From positions 62,806,001 through 62,870,000 of the forward strand of contig OX638159.1 in NCBI GenBank assembly GCA_951804945.1: a stretch of DNA of 64,000 bases. The letters run 5' to 3'. A program made the translations under genes and the position numbers. The DNA comes from Podarcis cretensis. Its lineage: Eukaryota. The notes under the pieces were generated by a model. That model worked only from the letters and a program-made list of their open reading frames with translations. It had not been told where the DNA came from and made no database searches. This document shows, in pieces, positions 1 to 12,715 of this stretch (within the stretch, counting starts at the first letter, position 1; each line of letters starts with the position of its first letter).

Positions 1-213
1 CCCCTTATGAAAACTGATTGCGAAGCAAGAGCTTTAAATAAAGTTTGGAAGCAAAGGCTCTGAGGTTCTCGCTCCTGATTTCTGAAATGAGAGGTCAACT
101 CTATTACCCCTTGGATGCTTGACTTTCTGAAATTCCTTAAAAGGCGGCACTTGCTTGCTATTTTAGCACATGCCCTTCATGTAGCCAGGCATACAGAGCC
201 AGCGGTGCCGTCC

Positions 214-306
214 ATCATGGATGCTTTCGTCGAGATTCCTGCATCGGTGGGGGGTTGGTCTAAATGCCCCTTGGGGGATCCCTTCCAACTTTACAATTCT
301 ATGATC
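214..306 (+). mobile_element. CR1 LINE 3' terminal fragment
   Basis: CR1 3'UTR-like ...ggggttggtctaaatgccccttgggggatcccttccaactttacaattctatgat, ending in the ATTCTATG tail motif. Confidence 0.75.
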
Positions 307-3300
307 TCTTCAGCTGCCACCCAAAGCTTTGTATTTTCTAATTTGCCAGTTACAACAAGACTTTGCTAACGGGAACGCAGGCTCCACCTGCTTCAGAGAG
401 GCTTCAATTTGCTGCATTTCCAAAGTGATACAGCATAAGTAAACACACAGTTTAGAGAATAACGGCAGCCCTGCCCATTGGGAATTTTTGCATTACTGGA
501 AGATAATGCCTTCGCCCCGCACCCATCCCTCACACCGGCTTGAGTTAGACATTAAAGCAAGCAACGTCTCATACCATGTACCAGTGGGGATTAAAAAAAA
601 CACAAACCCACAGAGATTCATTTTTTAGTTGCTTGTCCCAACATGCGAAGACAATATGTATTTATTTCAGTTCATCAAGAACACCTAGTCAGAACACTAG
701 GAGCCCAGCATTTCATATGGAAATGCGGATGTGTTCTGCCACATCAATATCTCCATCTGAATTTTGCTCCCAGGATGTGCAAACAATTGCTGTCAGCAGG
801 ATAACAGAACGATTCACACTGGAGAGCTCCCTTTTCAGAACTGCTATATACTAACACCAATTCTTGTTTCCAGTTCGTTACTATTTGCATGCTGCTGATC
901 AGAACCTGTGCAGGCTGGTGGACAGAGCTGGCCCCGTGTCCAGGAGGGGACTTGGGTTCAAGAGAGGCTCTTGCCACAGATTCATTCATTGTGTGGCTCT
1001 GAACAAGTCTGCCTCAGTCCTCATTCTGCAAAATGGTAATTCTAGTTAGCTGCCAAACAGCTTGCAAAAACAAAAGAAAAGCACACAAAGAGACTGATAA
1101 GGGAAAAATATTTCAGAGCATTTGGCAAGCCAGAATTATAATTCAAATTTAAATGATAAATATAAATGGGAGCATGTCAAGTTCCATATTAGATGAGATT
1201 CTCAGATGTACAGTACACATACATTTCAATATAAATAAATACATACATAAAACCAACTTGCTTATGATTCATGCAACATCAGATCTACTTAATTTTCCCC
1301 AAAATTGTCCTCCACCTTTCCTCCAGGGATCTAAGAGTGGACAGTGGACACAGAGTTCTCATTTTATTCTCACAACTCTTCCACATATTGACAGGCCAAG
1401 AGATAATAAACTGCCCACAGAAACCCCCAAGATACTTTCTTTTTCATATTTGTGAGTTGGCTAAGAAGACTCAGGTGCCTCCACAATCCTACGCAGTCTG
1501 ATTTCACCTACAAAATCCCTGGTTTTAAACAATGAGACCAGATCAAAAGCTTTCAAAATTATAATTTAAAAAATGGTATAATCAGCATCTAATTACACCA
1601 AGGTATGATAGTTTCTTAATGTCTTCAACCCATTAAAAGATATTCTGGGCGGCTGCCAAAACAGATTCCTGCAAATAACATGATTTGCTCAAATCATTTT
1701 CTAAACAACAAAATATTGTCAACACTCACAAAACCAAGAGAGCAGAAAAAACCCAAGCCCACAATTTTGGAACATTAATTCATTTTTGCATTGGGGATGG
1801 TTTAACGGCAAAATTAGATGCCAATGTGAATGTACTGAAGGAGAGGAAAGTTGAAATGAGGAAAGAAACTCTCCTCAGTTGAAAACCTTGGATGGGGGAA
1901 TGTTAATAACCTAAGCAAGAAACAACAGACCATATTCATAATATATGTTTTCTACATGCTGTAAAAAAAATCATAGAGATCATTGTACTCAGCAGGGTTT
2001 TACAACATTTTTGGCCAAGATTCGTGATTAGGATGACTACATAAACTGTTTATTACTTGTTTCAGTCTGCGGAGCACAAAAGATCCTCAAACTCTTCATT
2101 TGTATTGGGGTGTAGAGAGGACTGACAACTCACTGAAGCCTGAAAATGTGCACTAAAACAAGGCCTCTGAGGAAACTGTGGCATTTTATTTTCTGCTTTG
2201 CAAGGGTAAGAGAAAGGAGGCATGCTTTTCTGCAAAGCAGTTAGCACAGAAAAGTTTTTCCAGTCCTGGAATTTTTGTAAGGTGGAAGGGCGAACAGAAC
2301 ATACACATGCCAATCACGTGCAACGCTTCTCAGTCAATGTCACATGGGTCTTCGCTTAACACATGCAGAATTCTCCGCGTGCACATGGAGAAAAGGAGCA
2401 GACAATGATAATGGCAACTGGATTTTCATGTTTCCCCAAGTCTCAAACAGAAGCAATCAAAATGAATTCATCTCAATGCCTGTGATGGCCAAAGCGTAGC
2501 TGTGCACTGTCTGGCGGTTCAAATTAATGGCGAGGAAAGAGATCGCATCAATCAGATTTGCCAAGGAAGACTGGCACAACTTCAATCGAATCTGACGGAG
2601 TTCAGTTCTTGCCAAAATGATGGGCCAAGCCTCGGGCTGAAATGTTCTGATTATTCATAATGACATTACAGTCCAGAGCCTTTGATTAATTCAGGATCCA
2701 GATATTTCTGCTACTGCAACAGAAGCACCTTGCTCAGCAATGCATCTCCCCTCACGATGCCATCATTAACAGAATGCCATTCTTCAAGAAACCATTGTTT
2801 CCACAGTGGCTGCTACAGGGTGCTTAATGGCATAAAAACCCACGTTATGCTTACTCTTCTAACAATTTGCTTTACTAGGCACAGCACACCAAAAAAAAAA
2901 AAAAGGTAAATAAAACTAAAATGTTCAACAACTTGGCTGCCCGGGATTGTGCTAAATGAGCCTTCTTCAACACAAAGGAAAAGCATTTGTCTCAATTGTT
3001 ACAAACAATGTTATCTTTCAACACTTTCCAGAAACCTTCCCCAGACCACCGGGCGGTGGGTTTCTGTCACAGAACAGCCCCGTTTGCAAATAGAGCTCGC
3101 CACAATTAATAGCTTTAAGAGAAAAGGGAGAAAATCTGGTCTTCTTACCAAGATATTCAGACAGAAGGAAATTCATTAAGACACAATCTTTCCAATAGGC
3201 ACAGACCTAAATCTCATTAAAAAGCCACAGTCCCTGTTCAGTTAGAATAGCCCAATGACAGAGAGGAGAGGGAGAATGAGAACGAAGGAGGAAGAAATAT

Positions 3301-4989
3301 ACAGGACCTGAACAGAAGAGGCTATAACCATTTGTGCTGGGGCTGCGACATTTAGTCAATTCATTCATAAATTCATCAATTACAAAAAAGCTGCCTCTGG
3401 TTGATCAGGCAGCAGTTTTAATGCATTGATGAGTTTTGAGGCAAGTATGTCTAAAAAACCTTAGCCAACCCCTACCTCTCATAAATAGGAAGAAATACCC
3501 TTCTAGGATGGTGCCAGCTGGGGCACATTCAAGCATCATCTGAAAACAAAGAAAGCACCAACATCTTCTGATTTCTGCAGGCTTTCCCCTAGCTGAGCAA
3601 TGCACAGACCAGGCTGTATCTGACAAAGCCATCCTGTTAGATACAATGGGACTTCCTTTCCTCCATTGCCCTTCCCGAACAGATTTGAGGGGGTGCAGGG
3701 AGAGGAGAGCCCTGCTGTGCAGGTGGAACTCCTTGTACCAATGTGATGTCTTCTTTGGATGCAGCTGTAGTGTTCAGGTACGCTTTACATGCAAAGGACT
3801 GAGAACCTGAGACCAGAAGGATGCATTACCCAGGGCATCAAACCCTTCCCTGCTTCTCTGCAAGTACCAGAAACATGCTTCTAGTGCCAAAATGTGCTTC
3901 CACCACCACCCTCAGCTCCAACCAGCTAACCCACATCACTGACAGGCCCAAGATCTTACCCCAAGGCAGAAGATTGCTCCATTTTTGCCTATATTTCCTC
4001 AGCTAAATAAGATTCAAAGGGAACTGGAAATGTCTACATGTGACACACCTCCACAACCAACTCCCATGTAAGTTGGATCTTTTTATCAGGTTAATCAGAA
4101 AGAATGGAAGGAGGGGTAAAAGTACGATGTTATGATGTCACTGCAGAAAGGAGTTGAATTCAGCATTTGGGGTGAGGGCAATTTTCAGTGACATTCAGTG
4201 GAATTCAACATGGAGATTCTGCATTTCCAGTATTACGTTCAATGTGAGTTTCAGCCTAAGACTCAGGGACCAGGCATACTGTGCTGTTTCAAAGACTGAG
4301 TCTCTTTGCCTAGAAAAACAGTAAAATGGAGCAGAGGTAAAATGTTGACTAAATACAGTTAGTTTCATCTACAACCCAAGCCCAGGTTTTCCAATGACTC
4401 TAGAGAGCAGAGTTTGTCGGAAACCAAACTGCATGTGTTAACACATTTCACAATTACATTTTCATCAGCATCTAGGATGCCAGAATCGCTTATGGGAGCA
4501 ATTCCCTGACTGAAATATAAAGCATATCTTAGCATGCCCCCTTGCTGGTAGATTATTGTAGAGAGAGAGAAATTCCATGAGGAAGGATGCAAAATGACGA
4601 CGACTGCACACGGGAGGCAGAAAATGGAAGCGGTAGGGTGGAGCAAGCAACTGAAAGTTGCATTCATCCTGAGCTCAAGGCTGGGAGGGAACTAAACTTT
4701 GTCAGCCTCACGCACCTTCTGCCACGGTGGGTACAAAGAGGCCAAGCCAAAGACTCAAGGGAGACCAGGTGTGTGCATGCATGTCTTACAACAGCTGCAT
4801 TGTTCAGGAGAATCCCAAGGGGTATGTCTCATTACTGCATGCAATCTTACACTCCCTGCTGAGGTTAGAAGAGAACGGAGATCTCCTACTTTGAGCTCCA
4901 AGTTTACATACACAGCCCAGAATGCCCACAAGAGCAGCAAGAGCAGATGCAAAAGAAAACTGCAAAGGAGGGAAACCAATGACCCTTTT

Positions 4990-6585
4990 CTTCTTCAGGC
5001 TAAACTCATCCAGTTCCATCAACTTTTTCTCATAGCACTTGGCTTTTTCCATACCCTTGACCATCTTTGTTGCTCTACTCTCAACCGTTTCATTTTGTCC
5101 ACATCCCTCTCAAAGTGCAGAACTGGACAAAATCCCCCAGATGAGATCCGACTACTGCACTGAAGTATAACTACAGTCGTACCTCAGAAGTCGGACAGGA
5201 TCCCTTCCGGAAGTCTGTCTGACTTCTGAAACGTTTGACTTCTAAAGTGCGGCTTCTGATTGGCTGCAGGAAGCTCCTGCAGCCAATCAAAAGCCGTGGA
5301 AGCCCTGTCGGACATTCGGCTTCCAAAAGAACATTTGAAAACCAGAACACTCACTTCCAGTTTTCAATCGTTCGTGAGCTGAAACGTTAGACTCCCAAAC
5401 CATTCGGGAGCCGAGGTACGGCTGTTTTACTTCTCATGACTTGGAAATTATGGGAGGAATTCAGTGTAGCAGTATGTGGCATTTCAGCTTGCTAGAATGA
5501 ACCACTCCCAGCTCCTTCCCCTGTGCTCTGGGTCTGGGGTTTCTCACAACCTCCCAAACCAATTTCAAGGAGGGAAGGAGGCAGAGAGGGGAGAAACTCC
5601 TGTTGCATCACTGGAAGACCTAGGGTGGCCTTCCACTAGTGGGACTAGCTAGCTGAATCCTGCCCCTCCAGTTCTTTTAATGCAGCCTAAAATTGCAATA
5701 GCCTCCTCCCCCCCCCCATCTAAGACAGAGGAATCTGGGGTGAGAGGACTAAATGTGGCCCTCAAGTCCTCTCCGTCTGGCCCTTGGAACTCTCCCCTGG
5801 CCTGGCTTTGCACCCAGAGTGTTTTCACCTGGCTGGAATGTGCCCTTGAACTTTGATCATGTCTCTTGCTTGCTTGCCTGGATAGGGAGGGGTATTTGAG
5901 TGTGTGTCGAAACCAGCCTATCACACAAAGGTAACCTACAGATTTGCTGCTCCACACCCATGGACCTGCCCACTACTGCTATATTGTGGTTGGGGAGTTG
6001 CACGGAAAGGAATGCTACCCTAGGGTCCAAAAAAGTTCCCTGATCTAAGTCCTCAATAAATAAGTTAAGGAGTACTGGCCCCAGCACAGAGCGCTGAAGC
6101 ACTGCACCTGAAACCTCTTTCCAGTTGGTTGAGGAATAGCTAATGAACACTTTTGGGGCATGGTTTTCCAACCACTTTTGAATCCACCTGACAGCATTGC
6201 CCTCTAGCCTCCATTTAACTAGACGGCACACCAAAAAATATCACGAATAAGTTCTCATCTTCCTTAATGAGATGAATTGCAGAAAATCGCTCTTCCAATC
6301 CTCTTACCTTCTCTTTTAATGGTGCAGCCAGCTTACAATTGCTGCAGGTGCAGTCTGAGAGGGCTTCAGGCATGAACACAAGCAAAGCATTCATGCTTCA
6401 GGTCATGACCACAGAGCCTTCGTAGGCTTCTTTGGAGGTTCTGCCTTTGCTTCTTCATAGCTTCACACTGCTGGAAGGTTGCTGGGCTCCGGCGGATGGA
6501 AGCCAATGAGGCAATTTGGAACACACCAAAAGGACACATGCCTCTTGACCCACGGGTATATAAAGCAGTGAATGCCCTGATCAGC
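4990..6585 (-). mobile_element. Old, internally deleted CR1 LINE (5'UTR, ORF1 N-terminus, RT and 3' ORF2 remnants) interrupted by nested insertions
   Basis: 6245-6425 translates on minus to CTCSNCKLAAPLKEKVRGLEERFS (CR1 ORF1 zinc finger/leucine zipper-like). 6040-6230 gives VLQRSVLGPVLLNLFIEDLDQG (RT motif VPQGSVLGP..NDLD). 4990-5170 resembles the CR1 ORF2 C-terminal region seen intact at 15000-15250. Confidence 0.75.
5174..5424. mobile_element. Non-autonomous pogo/Tigger-like (Tc1/mariner) MITE nested in CR1
   Basis: TA|CAGTCGTACCTC ... GAGGTACGGCTG terminal inverted repeats. Confidence 0.8.
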
Positions 6586-7080
6586 TAGGGTTGCCTTACT
6601 CTGGGGATCAAAAACCCGGACACACACCCCCCCACCATACCGAATCTCCTTCGCTTGCCCCCTCCCTACCGCTAACCCCTTCCTCACCTGCCTGTTACCC
6701 CCTTCTTCCCTCCCTTCTCTTACCTTTGCCGTCTTCGGCCTCTTGCCCACAATGGGAGGCTGAGTGGCCCCGGGAAGATCACGCAAGGCCTGGTAGCCAC
6801 CAGGACTGGCACAGGGCCTAGCGCAGCCCCAAGGCCGCGTAAGGCCTGGGGGCAGCCAGGAACAACGCCAGGCCTAGTGCGACCCCCAGCAGGTCACTCC
6901 AGGACTCCTGATTCCTAATTCCTGTTCTAGTGTACAGCACCTTCTGAGAACGCCTGTGCCCCACAAAAAAGCCAAAAACATAAAAATAACCTCCCCCAAA
7001 CCCAGACATTTAATCCAAAATGCAAAAATCCACCTGGGCGGTGGGGCTGGCCCCCCAAAACCGGACGTCTGGCAACCCTA
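6586..7080. mobile_element. Non-autonomous hAT (Blackjack-like) DNA transposon
   Basis: Terminal inverted repeats TAGGGTTGCC...GGCAACCCTA with subterminal CCGGAC motifs. No clear TSD. Confidence 0.6.
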
Positions 7081-7393
7081 CGCATGGCAATCCAGGGTCT
7101 TTCTTCAGCAGAGACTGCTGGGAGGGAGTGCAGAGAAGATGCTATCTCCAAGTTCAGTACTACTTACTGGCCTGTTCAGAGCATGGGGCGGGGAGAAGCC
7201 AAAGCGCCAATCAGCTTGCAGTGATCTCCAGCGAGGCAAGACAAATTTCAGTAAGCTTATTGGAATTGTCTTGCATCACTGGAGATCACTGCAAGCTGAT
7301 TGGCGCTTAGGTTTGTCCCCGCCCCATGCTCTGAACATGCTGAACGCATCCATACAAACAGGATACAGCCAGTTATTTCCACCCCAGAGAGTA

Positions 7394-7776
7394 CAGTGGT
7401 GCCCCGCAAGACGAACGCCTCGCAAGACGGAAAACCCGCTAGACGAAAGGGTTTTCCGTTTTGGAGGCGCTTCGCAAAACGAATTTCCCTATGGGCTTGC
7501 TTCGCAAGACGAAAATGTCTTGCGAGTTCCTGCGGGTTTTTCCCCCTTTTCCCCCCCTTTTCCTAAGCCGCTAAGCCGCTTATCAGCTGATCCGCTGATA
7601 AGCCGCTTATCAGCTGATCCGCTGATAAGCCGCTTAACAGCTGATCGCTAAAAGCCGCTAAACCGCTAATAGCGCTAATCCGCTAAGCTGTCAATGAGCT
7701 TGCTTCGCAAGACGAAAAAACCGCTATACGAAGAGCCTCACAGAACGGATTAATTTCGTCTTGCGAGGCACCACTG
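7394..7776 (+). mobile_element. pogo/Tigger-like MITE family A, copy 1 (internal GCCGCTAA/CTGATCCG repeats)
   Basis: TA TSD; TIR CAGTGGTGCC(C/T)CGCAAGACG...CGTCTTGCGAGGCACCACTG; three further copies in the window. Confidence 0.9.
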
Positions 7777-10145
7777 TACTCAAAGGTATGCAGTACCGGC
7801 AGCTCTTTTTGTTGTTGTTGAAAAGCATGGCATTTACAGTAACAACTTCATGGTGAGTACGGCATCTATTTTTCTAGGGGGGAAAGCACTGGCATACAGC
7901 TCTGAAACCTAGCACCCTATTGGCATGGGAGTGTTTCGAAGCCAATCAGTGTAACTGCAGTTGGAGCGTATCTGCGCATAAGTGAATGCCATGGCTCCGA
8001 GGCAAGCAACGTGACATACAAAGAGCTGCTAAAAAAGCAGAGAGATCCAAACCCTACAGATGAATGTGCAAGAGGTGTTTGGGGAGCCATTTCCTTTGTG
8101 ACAGCCCCCATGCAGAACCCTCGACTTCCTTGCAAAATGCAAGAAAATGAAAGTGTCACGTTCCACCATCAGAAAGACAAACTGACTCGCAATTCCAGGA
8201 AGTTGCCCCCTTTTCAAAAAGCCTTGTAGACCTCTGACAAGTTGCTCATCAAGGCAGCCGGTGCATTGCTCTTGAGATGATCAACATGCTGTTGATGTCG
8301 AACCAAACTCAACTCAGAGGCAAAGCCTTCCATTTCCTATGTTAAGGTTCTAATCCATAAACCTTCATCATAACCTGCATTTTTAAATAATAATAATAAA
8401 AAATCCCAACCTGAATGGAGAGATAATGATACACAATATGAAGACAGCCAATCAGCTGGCTACCCCCCTCCCCAACAATATTCCAACAATCAGCCCCAGC
8501 TGCAGGCCAATTAAACTCAACAGTTCACAGGTGTTCATAGAAATGACTAACACAAAAGAAAGTCTTACTTCAAAAATGTTATATTTAAAAGCTTCGAGGT
8601 GGAACCAAGAAAGATAAAAGCCAGAATTAAGTTTATTGCCACCCAGTGCTTCACTCTGAAGCAGGTTTCAAGCAAGGCCTCCCCCTGGTATTAAAAGTTT
8701 GATGAACATCTGCATTTAAAATATAGGAAATTGGAACACGTGAAGGGTTTTTGAAAAATGCTGGTTGCAGTATCAGATCAGCTCCATAGACATTCACTTA
8801 TTTTTATAGGTGTGTGGCAATATACAAAAATATATTTGCAAAGTGGGCAAAAGATGGCATGATCTAAGTCAACGCTGCATGTTAGATTGCTGGCAGTGGC
8901 ACTTCTGTAAATATTGTTGGTGCTCATTCCCCAACCATAATTCTCATTTCCCAAAATAACAATTTCTTTAAATTTTAATGAGAACAAAACCATACCAGGA
9001 TCACATGGCACACTCTTCAATTCTTATTAAAAAAAGCGAGATGGGGGGAAAGGGGGATGAACATGGGCCCTTTGACAACTCTCAAGGTCCTCTTAAGCCC
9101 TCAGTTGACAGAAATTCTCCAGCAAATGAATTCTCATCTCCTCTCTCTGTAGACTAGCAAACAAAAGTATCTGTAAAAACGAATCTCTTTGCGGTCCTAT
9201 AGCAGAATATGTATACAAATTAACATCCAAATGTCTTTAATTCCCATGATGTGTCTATTAAGCAGCAATTCTCCAAAAGGCTGTTTAGCTATCCAAACAG
9301 CAGCCTAAAATTATCATCTTTATAAGCTCCCCATAACTTATTGCTCAGCTCCTATGAAAAGTCATTAATATTGGACTCTCTCTAGCTTAGTCTCACAGGA
9401 GATATTCTGCAAAGGGATGCAATAAAACTGCGATTTCTGCCATCATTTCATTAAAAATCCTTGTTAAATTTCTAGCTGAACAGTGTACATAATATGAAAA
9501 AATATTCAGGGTGCTTATTAACTATGCTGCTCCTTATGATATGAACTTTTAAAAGAATAATGAAGACTATTTCTAACCTGTAAGAATATTGTTCATTTTC
9601 ATTGCTATTAAATTTTAATCGGGGCATTGTTTAAAAATGTTTAAGTTTCATTACATTTCAGTGTCTCCTGGAATGAAAGAAAGGCAATGAATTCACCAGC
9701 CACAACGCTTGTCACTCATCCATCTCCCCTGCTGACATCTCAATATTATGGGCATTCTGTGTTCGTGGGGCTCAACTTCCCATATGTACCAGATTACATT
9801 TTTCCTGGTTTATGCTTGCATAAACGTTTGAGTAATTTGGACCAGAAAAGAAATGGAGCCAGAGAATACTACTCTTCCCCACTAGAAATCCAAAAACGTT
9901 TATCACATGTAGAGGGGATATCTATGGGGAAGGGAGGGTGGTATATTCTACAGGCTTGTGATATTAAGACCAACCTATATTACAATCCTCTGTGGAAATA
10001 TATGCAGTTCACAGGACATGTAGCGTTGACTGTAAGGAAACAGACACTCTTCAGCATAAGAAATACACTGGGTCTGAGAGTGAAAATATAGGAATAATTT
10101 GTGAGGTGTTTCGGAGGATTTTTAACACTTGCTGAGGTTTTGAAG

Positions 10146-10281
10146 CAGGCGTAGGCAAACTCGGCCCTCCAGATGTTTTGAGACTACAATTCCCATCATC
10201 CCTGACCACTGGTCCTGTTAGCTAGGGATGATGGGAGTTGTAGTCCCAAAACATCTGGAGGGCCGAGTTTGCCTATGCCTG
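10146..10281. mobile_element. Palindromic non-autonomous hAT MITE
   Basis: Long inverted repeat CAGGCGTAGGCAAACTCGGCCCTCCAGATGTTTTG...; 8-bp TSD ttttgaag/tttttaag. Confidence 0.88.
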
Positions 10282-10446
10282 TTTTTAAGGGTTGTATGTG
10301 TGTGTGATGCACCTTATGATATGAACATATGTGTGCACATATCTGTATATATACACACATACACACGTATATGTACACATTTATCTAGCATGCATGCCAA
10401 CATGTGTGGACATGAGGAATATGATGGGGTAAATGAATTTTAAGTA

Positions 10447-10688
10447 CAGTGGTACCTCGGGTTAAGTACTTAATTCGTTCCAGAGATCCATTCTTAACCT
10501 GAAACTGTTCTTAACCTGAAGCACCACTTTAGCTAATGGGGCCTCCTGCTGCCGCCGCGCCGCCTCTGCACGATTTCTGTTCTCATCCTGAAGCAAAGTT
10601 CTTAACCTGAAGCACTATTTCTGGGTTAGCGGAGTGTGTAACCTTAAGCATATGTAACCTAAAGCATATGTAACCCGAGGTACCACTG
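10447..10688 (+). mobile_element. pogo/Tigger-like MITE family B, copy 1
   Basis: TA TSD; TIR CAGTGGTACCTCGGGTTA...TAACCCGAGGTACCACTG; inverted copy at 59897-60138. Confidence 0.9.
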
Positions 10689-10882
10689 TAACAGCAACAT
10701 TCTCTCTCCCCCATTGTACATAATTAAGAATAAGCACTCCCCTTTCAAACGAGGTGCAAAAGTGGAAATAAGAATAAAAGAATTCCTGCAACAACTGCAT
10801 AGATCCAAATGGTGGACTGGATATTCCTTGTACTTGTACAAATGGCACTGACCAAGAGAAATGGGATGGGACATTCCTGAGG

Positions 10883-11142
10883 GAGAAGAAGAAGAAGGAG
10901 AAGAGTTTGGATTTGATATCCTGTCTTTCACTCCCTTTAAGGAGTCTCAAAGGGGCTAACATTCTCCTTTCCCTTCCTCCCCCACAACAAACACTCTGTG
11001 AGGTGAGTGGGGCTGAGAGACTTCAGAGAAGTGTGACTGGCCCAAGGTCACCCAGCAGCTGCATGTGGAGGAGCGGGGAAGCGAACCCGGTTCACCAGAT
11101 TACGAGTCCACCGCTCTTAACCACTACACCACACTGGCTCTC
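10883..11142 (-). mobile_element. Squam3-type tRNA-derived SINE
   Basis: Minus strand begins GAGAGCCAGTGTGGTGTAGTGGTTAAGAGCGG (A box) ... GGGTTCGCTTCCC (B box) and ends in a (CTT)n tail. Confidence 0.85.
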
Positions 11143-11774
11143 AGAAGCTGAAAACCCTTCACTCCTACAACAGTATGAGAATCTTATGGTTGTCATATGA
11201 TGGGAACATATCAGGAGGTAAGCAAGCCAAAGTTCAGGAGCCAGAGCAGTGTTGCCCAAACTTTCTATTATCCAATATACTTTTTTATAGATTTAAAAAA
11301 ATCTCCCCCTAGAATGAAGGGCAAGCATAGTCTCTGCATCTATTAAATACCCCGGTCCACATTGCCTCCCAAAGCTCACACCTTTACTTTTACGCAGTCA
11401 GCGGGGGATCAGAGATAGGACTGTGTTTGCTAGACCAATAAGATTCCCCTGGATTTCCCCAGCTTAATATGGGCTAGACTAAGGGATTCTGGTGCAATCC
11501 TACTTGTCCACTCGCAGAGAACCAGGGAATCAAGGTTTTAAGGGGCTCCTCTGCTCTGGCAAGTATAATGTGGTGGATGCACTCAACCTTTCTCACGGCA
11601 CTTTTATTGTGGTCTAGCTCACAGTTAGTGAAAACCAGAGAATAGTTCTATACTGCACACCAACGTTTCCTTCCTCAGCATTTGCACACTTAAATAAACC
11701 ACTGAAATCAGTCCTAAGAAATACATGTTCTTGTGGGCACAAAGATGGCTGAAATGCAAATGGATGTGCTAATG

Positions 11775-12638
11775 TGTCAAAACAAAATAAAAAAAATCCT
11801 TCCAGTAGCACCTTAAAGACCAACTAAGTTAGTTCTTGGTATGAGCTTTCGTGTGCATGCACACTTCTTCAGATACACTGAAACAGAAGTCACCAGACCC
11901 TTCTATATAGTGAGAAGGTGGGGAGGGGTATTACTCAGAAGGGTGGTGGGATTGGGTGATTGGCAGATAGCTGTGATGAGCCTGTTGACGACTCTTAGTG
12001 ACTGCAATAGGTCTTGCAGGAAAAAGCAAGGGGTGAGAAGGTGAAAAATGGCTTTGTCATGTATAATGAGATAAGAATCCAATGTCTTTGTTCAGACCAG
12101 GTCTCTCCATGGTTTTAAGTTTGGTAATAAGTTGCAATTCAGCAGCTTCTCTTTCCAGTCTATTTCTGAAATTCCTTTGTAATAGAACAGCTACTTTGAG
12201 ATCTTGTATAGAATGTCCTGGGAGATTGAAGTGTTCTCCTACTGGTTTCTCTGTCTTGTGGTTCCTGATGTCAGATTTATGTCCGTTTATTCTTTGGCGT
12301 AAGGTTTGGCCTGTTTGTCCAATATAGAGAGCTGAAGGACACTGTTGGCATTTGATGGCATACACAATGTTAGACGATGAGCAATTAAATAGTCCCGAGA
12401 TGGTATGTGTGATGTTGTTGGGGCCAGTAATGGTGTTGTCCGGGTGTATGTGGCAGCAAAGTTGGCATCTGGGTTTATTGCAGGCTCTGGTGCCAGGCTC
12501 TCCTAACCCACAATAATACTACAACCAGACTTAACACGGACACTGGCACCAGAGCCTGCAATAAACCCAGATGCCAACTTTGCTGCCACATACACCCGGA
12601 CAACACCATTACTGGCCCCAACAACATCACACATACCA
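11775..12638 (-). mobile_element. Penelope-like retroelement 3' fragment with GIY-YIG endonuclease and inverted 5' segment
   Basis: ORF 12057-12365 (YAIKCQQCPSALYIGQTGQTLRQRINGHKSDIR...GLNKD) is a PLE GIY-YIG domain. The 3' region ends ...GGTCTTTAAGGTGCTACTGGA, typical of vertebrate PLEs. Confidence 0.92.
11839..11876 (-). ncRNA. Minimal type I hammerhead ribozyme motif of the Penelope element
   Basis: Minus strand: GUAU-CUGAAGA-AGUGUGCAUGCACAC-GAAA-GCUC-AUAC. It has the CUGANGA and GAAA cores, a palindromic stem II, a short palindromic helix III (AGCU), a UC cleavage site and stem I GUAU/AUAC. Confidence 0.75.
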
Positions 12639-12662
12639 GCAAACAACTTCCCAAAGCATTTT

Positions 12663-12715
12663 CATAGAATCATAGAGCTGAAAGGGACCCAAAGATCATC
12701 TGGTTCAACCCCCCG

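Noticed and set aside
4804-5064. Lys/Glu-rich minus-strand ORF resembling a coiled-coil exon
   Set aside because: It is degenerate CR1 ORF2 (MVKG.E...YE..L.EL..FSL.K.R).
6956-7651. 231-aa ORF
   Set aside because: It runs across a hAT end, unique DNA and a Tigger-like MITE, with no protein resemblance.
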